A stretch of DNA of 63,992 bases, counting the filler, from an uncultured bacterium (lineage in GTDB: Bacteria; Latescibacterota; UBA2968), in the NCBI GenBank assembly GCA_964471275.1. It is 3 parts of 3 records of this genome, joined end to end, with 100 filler letters (N's around TTAATTAATTAA, not from the genome) between each part and the next. Parts side by side here need not be neighbours in the genome. Positions count along the whole stretch, not along the records: positions 51,046 to 63,992 come from CAYYGZ010000136.1; 2 more parts are not named here. One strand, 5' to 3'. The notes under the pieces are model-generated. The model made no database searches. It saw nothing but the letters and a program-made list of their open reading frames with translations, and was not told where the DNA came from. The position numbers were made by a program, and so were the translations under genes. Numbering within the stretch: the stretch's first letter is position 1; each line of letters opens with the position of its first letter. Shown one piece after another: positions 57,267-63,992 of the stretch.

Positions 57267-58322
57267 ATGGACGATATCAAGATCGATCTGTATAGCGACA
57301 CATCCACGCAACCGGATCAGGCCATGCGCGAGTTTATGTGTTCGGCTGAAGTTGGGGATGAGCAGAAAGGGGAGGACCCGACGGTTAACCGTCTCCAGGA
57401 TATGGTTGCCGAGATGCTGGGCAAAGAGCAGGCTCTCTTTCTGCCCTCGGGTACCATGTGCAACCAGATCGCATACGCCGTGCACTGTGGCCCTGGTGAC
57501 CTAATACTCCTCGACCGGACAGCCCATCCTCTGATATCCGAGTCCGGTGGTGCCGCAGTACTCGCAAGTGCCACTATGTATCCAATTGATGGTGCCAACG
57601 GACAGTTCACTGCCGAGCAGGTCTCGGATGTGGTTGAGGAATCGACTCGGTACAAGCCAACCTTCCGGTTGCTGTCGATCGAGCAGACGACGAACAAACC
57701 GGGAGGTCGAATCTGGTCCCTTGAGCAGATACGGAGCGTAGAGCGAGTCGCCCGGGAGCGCGGTGTCCTGATGCACATGGACGGTGCCCGGCTCCTGAAT
57801 GCCGTTGTGGAGACGGGGATTCCTGCGGCTGACTATGCAGCCTGTTTTGATTCTGTCTGGATCGATTTGAGTAAGGGGCTGGGCGCACCTATCGGTGGCG
57901 TGCTTGCCGGAACCACAGAGTTCATCGCTCATGCCTGGCAATGGAAGCAGCGGATTGGCGGGGCAATGCGTCAGGCAGGTATCGCGGCCGCTGGGGGCAT
58001 ATACGCGCTGGAGCACAATATTGACCGGATGGCAGAGGATCACGCCAACGCAAAGCGTCTGGCGTGCGCTATCGTTGGCGCTCCCGGTGTCGAGATCGAT
58101 GCCGGTGCGGTGGAGACCAACATGGTTCGCTTAACGATCGACGCGTTGGGTGTAACGTCGAGTGCCTTTGTCGATGAGTTGATCGCATCCGCCGGTGTGC
58201 GTGTAAGCGCGCCTGGGCCAGCCCTGATCCGTGCGATTCCCCACCTCGGCATTTCCGAGGGGGATGTTGATGAGGCGGCGGCCGGGATCCAGGCGCTTAC
58301 GCAAAGGCTTATGGTCGGGTAG
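57267..58322 (+). CDS. ltaE: Low-specificity L-threonine aldolase family (PLP-dependent)
   Basis: DLYSDT, EDPTV, PSGTMCN, HMDGARL, LSKGLGAP and GGAMRQAG. Confidence 0.9.
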   Translation: MDDIKIDLYSDTSTQPDQAMREFMCSAEVGDEQKGEDPTVNRLQDMVAEMLGKEQALFLPSGTMCNQIAYAVHCGPGDLILLDRTAHPLISESGGAAVLASATMYPIDGANGQFTAEQVSDVVEESTRYKPTFRLLSIEQTTNKPGGRIWSLEQIRSVERVARERGVLMHMDGARLLNAVVETGIPAADYAACFDSVWIDLSKGLGAPIGGVLAGTTEFIAHAWQWKQRIGGAMRQAGIAAAGGIYALEHNIDRMAEDHANAKRLACAIVGAPGVEIDAGAVETNMVRLTIDALGVTSSAFVDELIASAGVRVSAPGPALIRAIPHLGISEGDVDEAAAGIQALTQRLMVG

Positions 58323-59495
58323 ATGGCCTACCGGGTTGCCATACTCGGATGTCGAGGACGCGGCACGGCTGCTGGCAGAGCCTACAACGAACACCCTGCG
58401 ACCGAGATCGTGGGGTTGTGCGATCTGTTGCCTGATCGGTTGTCAGATTTGGGTGATTCATTAGGTATCAGCGCTCGATATACGGATCTGGATGCGATGA
58501 TCCAAGAGACATCCCCCGACATTGTCGCGATTCCGACGGGCACGGAATTCCATTTCGACCTCGGTATGCGCGTTCTGGAGTACGGTGTTCATATCGATAT
58601 CGAGAAGCCGATATGCGTGGATCTCGAACAGGCGGACCGTCTGATCGAGAAGGCGCAGCAGATGGGTGCTCAGATCGCTGTCCACCATCAAGGTCGGACG
58701 GGCTCATCGATGCGAGCAATCCGCGCAGCATACCGCTCGGGCCTGATCGGCTCGCTCCGATATGTCTCGGCAAGCGGTAAGGGCTATTACGGCGGGTATG
58801 GTCTGATGAATATCGGGACACATTCGGTGAATGCGGCTCTGGATCTGACCGGTCCGTGTCGAAGCGTAAGTGCGCAAGCTGAAACGGGTGGGAAACGAGT
58901 AGAAGTCTCAGATGTTCTGCCTTCGCCGGGGGGCATGGGCACGATCTGCGGTGAGAACATCACGGCCAGCTTCTCTTTCGACAACGGGGTTTCGGGTACT
59001 CTCACACAACATCGCTTTCCCAAAGTGGATTCGAGAGCCTACCACGCTGAATTCTTCGGCACAGAAGGACGTCTCTGTTGGCGAAGTGGATCGGCCTGGT
59101 GGTTGCCGGAGCCACATTCGGTTCCTGGTGAATCTGGCGGACGCTGGGAACAATTGACCCCGGACTTGCCATCCCTGGACTTCGAGGGAGAGGCAGCGGT
59201 CGATGATCTGCTTTTTGTGGATGAATACGTGAATGCACTCAACGAGGGCAGAGCCCACACGTGCAGCGGCGTGGCGGGACGACACGTGCTCGAGATCCTA
59301 ATGGCTGTGTTTGAGTCCGCAGCATATGGATATCGAATCGATCTCCCCCAGGCCCGTCGAGACCACCCATTGATTCGCTGGCGTTGTGAATCGGGTTTGG
59401 GCAATGCTGACGAGATGCCCAGAGCCTACACCGCTTGGCTGGCCGTTGAGGACGAGCGGCTAGGTCGAGAACCTAGGCCATCCGTGCAGGCGTGA
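58323..59495 (+). CDS. Gfo/Idh/MocA oxidoreductase
   Basis: ILGCRGRG, IEKP and LMNIGTH. Confidence 0.9.
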   Translation: MAYRVAILGCRGRGTAAGRAYNEHPATEIVGLCDLLPDRLSDLGDSLGISARYTDLDAMIQETSPDIVAIPTGTEFHFDLGMRVLEYGVHIDIEKPICVDLEQADRLIEKAQQMGAQIAVHHQGRTGSSMRAIRAAYRSGLIGSLRYVSASGKGYYGGYGLMNIGTHSVNAALDLTGPCRSVSAQAETGGKRVEVSDVLPSPGGMGTICGENITASFSFDNGVSGTLTQHRFPKVDSRAYHAEFFGTEGRLCWRSGSAWWLPEPHSVPGESGGRWEQLTPDLPSLDFEGEAAVDDLLFVDEYVNALNEGRAHTCSGVAGRHVLEILMAVFESAAYGYRIDLPQARRDHPLIRWRCESGLGNADEMPRAYTAWLAVEDERLGREPRPSVQA

Positions 59496-59505
59496 AAGGT
59501 TCCAG

Positions 59506-60327
59506 ATGTTCAGCGAATCATACAACGGCGACAATAAGAAGATCCTGTGGCAGGAGATGTGGCGTAATGAGTTTGAAGCTGCCATCGAAGATGATCCTGT
59601 CGTGATTGTTCCGGTTGGATCGATCGAGCAACACGGCCCACACTGCCCGATGGATGTCGATATCGTTGGACCGTGGTATATGGCCATAGAGGCCGCCAAG
59701 CGAACAGAGACGTTTCCCGTGATCGTTGCTCCGCCGATCTGGTCAGGATTCACGCACTATAACAAGGGATTCGCTGGAACAATCAGTCTGCGTATCGAAA
59801 CCTTCCTGAGTCTGCTTCAGGACGTGTGTCTGAGTATTCACGAGAACGGCTTCAAGCGAATCATCCTGGTAAACGGTCACGGGGGAAATGATGCACCTGT
59901 TCGTGTGGCGCGGGATGCCCTGACCGAGCACAACTGCTTTGTTGTCGGGTTCTCCTGGTGGCAGATGGTGGAGTCGGAGATGCTTGACTGGAGTGACGCG
60001 GACGATGGGAGTGTGGGGCACGGCGGTGAGTGGGAAACATCCGTCCAGTTGCACCTCCGTGAGCATCTCATACGAAGCGACCTGATGAATGATGACCTTT
60101 TCCCGAATCCGTTCAGTACCGAGCTTCAGCATTTTGCGGGATTCTCTGAACGCAGACGAGACACCAGAGACATTTCGGGGACAATGGGGAATGCGCTGTC
60201 GGCTTCCGGTGAGAAGGGCGAGAGAGTCTTCGAGCTCGCCGTCACGAGATTGATGCAGGTCGCGTCTGAATTCCACGGGCAACCTGTTCGTGAATACTTT
60301 GAGTTTGGATCACACTGTCCGAGGTAG
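59506..60327 (+). CDS. Creatininase-family amidohydrolase
   Basis: GSIEQHGPHCP.DVD, NGHGGN and HGGEWETS. Confidence 0.93.
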   Translation: MFSESYNGDNKKILWQEMWRNEFEAAIEDDPVVIVPVGSIEQHGPHCPMDVDIVGPWYMAIEAAKRTETFPVIVAPPIWSGFTHYNKGFAGTISLRIETFLSLLQDVCLSIHENGFKRIILVNGHGGNDAPVRVARDALTEHNCFVVGFSWWQMVESEMLDWSDADDGSVGHGGEWETSVQLHLREHLIRSDLMNDDLFPNPFSTELQHFAGFSERRRDTRDISGTMGNALSASGEKGERVFELAVTRLMQVASEFHGQPVREYFEFGSHCPR

Positions 60328-60333
60328 TGTGTC

Positions 60334-61695
60334 ATGTTGAAGGGAACGATCGTCATTCTTCTGGCCCTCTGTGCTGTGGGAGCCGCGCAGGCTTCGGGGC
60401 TGTCCTTAATCGCAAGCCGGAATCTTGCGGGGGACGTGTCAGGAATACTGGCGGCTGGCGAGTTGGCCCAAGCCGTTCGGGCAAGCGGCGGCCCGACGCT
60501 TCTGGTGGATCTGGGTGGTGCGCTATCGCCATCCGAACAAGCGTTTGAGCATCGCAGGCAGGGCAGCCTGACTGTCGATCTCATGAACCGGTCAGGATTC
60601 GCAGCTTGGTTTCTCGGCGGACGCGACCTGGCGTGGTCGAACCAGTTGACTAGATTTCTTCGTCGGACAGACTTTCCTGTCCTGGCGGCAAACCTGCATC
60701 GTCCGGAGACGGGCAGTCACCTGTTTCAGGTTCAGCCCTACACCGTCGTCCGGGTAGCGGGAAAACGAGTCGGTCTGATCGGGCTTTCCGGGGGGACTGC
60801 TGACGTTCTGTCCTCGGATCCGGTCGAGGCCGCGCGGTACTACGCCCGTTTGATGGCCTCCCGGGCGGACCTGATCATTGTAGCAAGCGCGGCGGGTCCT
60901 GATGCAGACTTGGCCATCGCCCAGGTGGAAGGCATCGATCTCGTTGTGGGGGTGGACGTGACAAGCCGTGTCTTGCGGACAGACGGAGGGTGGATTGTCG
61001 CGACGGAAGAGGGACAGGGCGTCTGGGGAATCGACCTGACGCTGGCAGATGGCAAAATCACCGGAGCTGCAGCCCGTCGTGTGACTGTTTTCGAGGTTGA
61101 TCCTGTCGTCATTTCCCAGGCGTTTCTGGGTTGGACTGTGAATCTCGAGGGTGAACCGGTCTCGCTGGGTACGGTCATCGGAAGGTCCGACGGTGGGTTC
61201 CGCCATGCGCTGACGTCACCGCTCGGATACTATGTAGCAGATGTGATTCGGGACGCAGCACAAACAGATGGGGCACTGGTCGGCACTAATCACTTCCCTG
61301 ATGATTTCACAGAGGGTGACATCACGGTCTACGACCTGTTCAGAGCCTACTCGCTCCCATTCACCGTCGGGGTAGTCAGCCTCAAGGGAAGCGACCTGAT
61401 TCGCTTGCTCGACCTAGCAGACGGTGAACTTAGATTCTACCCCTCAGGTATCGATGTCGTATATGCCACGGGTGAAACTGGGGGAGGGTTGGTCGAATCT
61501 ACGATTGGCGGGAAGCCGATCGATCCAAGGGTGGACTACACGATTGCCATTGAACGAGGTGCTTCAGATGATCCAATTCTATCCGCACTCCAAGTGAGAG
61601 ACACAGGGCAGCGCGTTCGTGATCTGATTTGCAAGGATATTCGGATGTCAGAGGCGGTCAAGGGAGTGGTGGATGGCCGTATCCAGAGGCGATAG
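60334..61695 (+). CDS. Secreted 5'-nucleotidase/metallophosphoesterase-like protein lacking metal ligands
   Basis: Architecture and FPVLAANL, PYTVV..AGKRVGLIG and GDITVYDL match UshA-type proteins; the DxH, GD, GNHE and GHxH motifs are substituted. Confidence 0.75.
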   Translation: MLKGTIVILLALCAVGAAQASGLSLIASRNLAGDVSGILAAGELAQAVRASGGPTLLVDLGGALSPSEQAFEHRRQGSLTVDLMNRSGFAAWFLGGRDLAWSNQLTRFLRRTDFPVLAANLHRPETGSHLFQVQPYTVVRVAGKRVGLIGLSGGTADVLSSDPVEAARYYARLMASRADLIIVASAAGPDADLAIAQVEGIDLVVGVDVTSRVLRTDGGWIVATEEGQGVWGIDLTLADGKITGAAARRVTVFEVDPVVISQAFLGWTVNLEGEPVSLGTVIGRSDGGFRHALTSPLGYYVADVIRDAAQTDGALVGTNHFPDDFTEGDITVYDLFRAYSLPFTVGVVSLKGSDLIRLLDLADGELRFYPSGIDVVYATGETGGGLVESTIGGKPIDPRVDYTIAIERGASDDPILSALQVRDTGQRVRDLICKDIRMSEAVKGVVDGRIQRR

Positions 61696-61704
61696 GAGGG
61701 TGAC

Positions 61705-62763
61705 CTGAACGCGAGTGACGAACCCCTGATCGGGATTGAATCTGTCGAGGATGAGCCAGAAATTCCGAAGGTCAGGAACTTCTTTGTAACGGTCTCCGGC
61801 GGTCTCGAGGATATCGCGCTTCGAGAGATAAGGACGGTCCTGAAGGGCGTATCCGATATCGAGGTACACAAGCGGCAACGCCAGGGGCGAATACACTTCA
61901 GATACGCGCGAAGCCCCAGAAAGCTCCTCGCACTTCGGTGCATTGAGGGGCTGTTTGCGTATCTGGGCGAGACTGGGGGCATCACCGCTGGACGACCCGG
62001 TCTGCTCCGTGTGGCCAAGACCGTGGCTGGCGTTGATCTTGCCCCCGGTGTCGGACTCTACAACATCCTGAACGGGATACCTGACACAACAGGTGTTGCG
62101 ATCAATTGCACTGTGGGACGGGGGCACCGATTCACGTCGAGCGAGCTCCATCAGGTTCTGCGCCACGTCCTGGCAGAAACATATGGTCTCGATGACACCG
62201 AGCAGAACGGCCCTTATTACCTGCAGATACGGATCGAGCGGCAGAAGGCGCTGATCGGGTTCCGTTTGTCTGAGCGAACCAGGGGACCCAGGGCCGGGGA
62301 TCTGTCGGCGAGCACCGCGAGTGCGATTGGCGTGCTCTTTCAGCCTGAGCGAAACGAACTCTGGCTGGACCCGATGTGTCGGGGTGGGGCGGTCCTCCGC
62401 TCGTTAGCGGAAATTCAGGAGATCCAAGGTGTGGGTCTCGAGGTAAGAGGCAGCTGGACCCGTGAGGACAGGTCCAGTCACGTCGGGTTGTGGGACGGCA
62501 AGTCCCTGCCCTGCCGTGAAGGTACATTTGCGGGTGTGTTCGGTCACTTCGGCCGTCGGTCAGGGATGTGGTTGGATATCGACTTGCAGAGTGAATTTGC
62601 GCGTGTTCTGGGCAAGCACGGCCGTGCTATCATTCTCTGTGGCCGAGACCGGGAGCTCGAGAGCCATCTCGAGTCCGAACGGTCGCCATTCCGGTGTTCA
62701 GAACGTCGCTCGATATGCATCGGTGGCGATCTTCTCTCGCTGTATCTGCTGAGGAAGGTGTGA
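61705..62763 (+). CDS. THUMP-domain RNA methyltransferase-like protein, degenerate, probable CTG start
   Basis: Frame is open from 61696; FFVTVSGGLEDIALREI N-terminus, CTVGRGHRFTS and LDPMC; AGGAGG lies 5 nt before CTG 61705. Confidence 0.65.
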   Translation: MNASDEPLIGIESVEDEPEIPKVRNFFVTVSGGLEDIALREIRTVLKGVSDIEVHKRQRQGRIHFRYARSPRKLLALRCIEGLFAYLGETGGITAGRPGLLRVAKTVAGVDLAPGVGLYNILNGIPDTTGVAINCTVGRGHRFTSSELHQVLRHVLAETYGLDDTEQNGPYYLQIRIERQKALIGFRLSERTRGPRAGDLSASTASAIGVLFQPERNELWLDPMCRGGAVLRSLAEIQEIQGVGLEVRGSWTREDRSSHVGLWDGKSLPCREGTFAGVFGHFGRRSGMWLDIDLQSEFARVLGKHGRAIILCGRDRELESHLESERSPFRCSERRSICIGGDLLSLYLLRKV

Positions 62764-63770
62764 TGGTCTGGTCTCTCCTTCTGATTCTATCGGTTACACC
62801 GACCCCGGTGGATTCTAATATTCACATCCGTCTGGGTTCTTGTGCCTACCAGGATACTACCCAGCGGATCAGGAACGGCGTTTCGGGGCGGAAACCCGAT
62901 CTCTTTGTTCATCTGGGTGATGCCGTCTATGCAGATATGCGAGATACGCTGGTTATGCGAGCAGCCTACAACAAGGCCTCACAGAATGGACGGTTCAGGA
63001 GCATTCGGGAGAGCACGCCCTTCCTGTCCACGTAGGACGATCATGACTTCGGGGAGAACTATGCCGGCGCATCCTACCCGATACGAGATGCATCTGAGCG
63101 GCAGTTCTTTGATTTCTTGCAGGTACTGGCCGACAGTGAATGTGTGACGAGACCCGGCGTCTATGGCAGTCGGATCGTTGCGAAGGATGGTGTTGTGGTC
63201 CGTCTGATCACGCTCGACACGCACTATTTCAGAAGTGGCGGGACCGCTGACTCGAGTGCGACACGACGCTACCGCCAGGATTCGAATCCATTGAAGACGA
63301 TCCTGGGTGCCGGGCAGTGGGAATGGCTCGAGAAGGAGCTGCGGCAACCCGCGGATGTACGGATACTGGAATCGAGTATTCGGGTAGTTAACGATGAATA
63401 CGGATGGGAGTGTTGGGGGGGGATTTTTCCGTCGGAACGCCGGCGACTCTTTGAATCGATTGCCAAAACGCCTGCAAACCGTGTCATCAGCGTGCGCGGG
63501 GACAGGCACTTTACAGAGCTGTCGCGTGATCGCAACACGGGTATCTATCCTGTCTACGATTTCACAGCCAGCGGTTTGACCCAGGTCGCCAACCGCGGGC
63601 ATCTTGTTTCTAACGGCAAGCGTGTCGGTCTCGCCATGATCGTACAGAGCTTTGGTGGTGTCATCGTTGACTTTACGGGCCCTGAGTCAAGTGTCGTCCT
63701 CCAAGCCTTCGATGACAGAGGCAACGCCATGTTCGAGCACACTGTGTACCTCGAGGATCTGCGGTTTTGA
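62763..63770 (+). pseudogene. phoD: Alkaline phosphatase D (PhoD) family gene with an in-frame TAG
   Basis: GSC, LGDAVYAD, ST*DDHD (normally TWDDHD), LDTHYFR, ILGAGQWEWL and GDRH; stop at 63033-63035. Confidence 0.85.
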
Positions 63771-63992
63771 ACCGCGATACCGTGAACAGGGAAGCTCCTG
63801 AAGGGAGACTGCGGCGCAGTCTACACGAGGTGATCTTTGAGGCAGACACGCCGATGGGGAAGGTGTTTGATGAAGTCCTGATTGTTTCGATTGTGCTTTC
63901 TGTGATCGTCGTCATGCTGGACAGTGTCGCTAGTGTTCGAGAGCATCACAGCGCTCTTCGTATCACGACGGTATGCTGCACCAGGTGCTTCG
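63767..63992 (+). CDS. N-terminus of an ion transporter (voltage-gated K+ channel-like); runs off the window
   Basis: LRRSLHEVIFEADTPMGKVFD...IVLSVIVVMLDSV. Confidence 0.8.
   Translation, partial: MNRDTVNREAPEGRLRRSLHEVIFEADTPMGKVFDEVLIVSIVLSVIVVMLDSVASVREHHSALRITTVCCTRCF

Noticed and set aside
61693..63035. Genome-wide TAG recoding suggested by two in-frame TAGs
   Set aside because: Many genes here (grpE, hsp20, the Omp85 gene, the PorV-like gene) end at TAG at their expected C-termini.
1..63992. Apparent abundance of GATC/TCGA/CGATCG words (HIP1-like); search for CRISPR, tRNA, rRNA and IS elements
   Set aside because: Word abundance was not quantified and is plausibly due to ATC/GAT/GAG codon usage; it needs a Markov-corrected k-mer test. 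No repeat-spacer array, structural RNA gene or transposase was recognised.

Overview
GC-rich bacterial draft-assembly window made of three contigs joined by artificial N44-TTAATTAATTAA-N44 linkers (25487-25586, 50946-51045), with two more 10-N scaffold gaps. Gene neighbourhoods must not be read across the linkers. PorV, DUF6785, PAC2, dockerin-like DFxxDGxVxFxDF tags and many Gfo/Idh/MocA enzymes suggest a diderm candidate lineage such as Latescibacterota/Handelsmanbacteria; this is inference only. Contig 1 carries grpE-dnaJ, a lipoprotein/DUF6785 pair, prmA, an SH3-TPR membrane protein, a GIY-YIG nuclease, and a minus-strand run (GT9, CbiX, MFS, S8 protease, orphan DNA methyltransferase, SDRs, MlrC, ThrC-like, SfsA-GIY-YIG, YtoQ, LOG, MBL hydrolase), then msrAB. 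Contig 2 carries PorV, a putative polysaccharide-lyase locus, a sigma54-type hsp20-cbpA-clpB-fragment module, pyk-tamA-tamB, DUF362 and an oxidoreductase. Contig 3 carries a sugar-catabolic operon, PAC2, ltaE, a creatininase, two apparent pseudo-enzymes, a phoD pseudogene and the start of an ion channel. No rRNA, tRNA, CRISPR array or transposase was recognised. The most notable signals are an unannotated ~135-nt CsrB/RsmZ-like sRNA candidate at ~4172-4305, a dockerin-like tag shared by two secreted enzymes, a nuclease/YtoQ/LOG cluster, and many decayed genes. All family calls come from motif recognition by eye, not from database searches.
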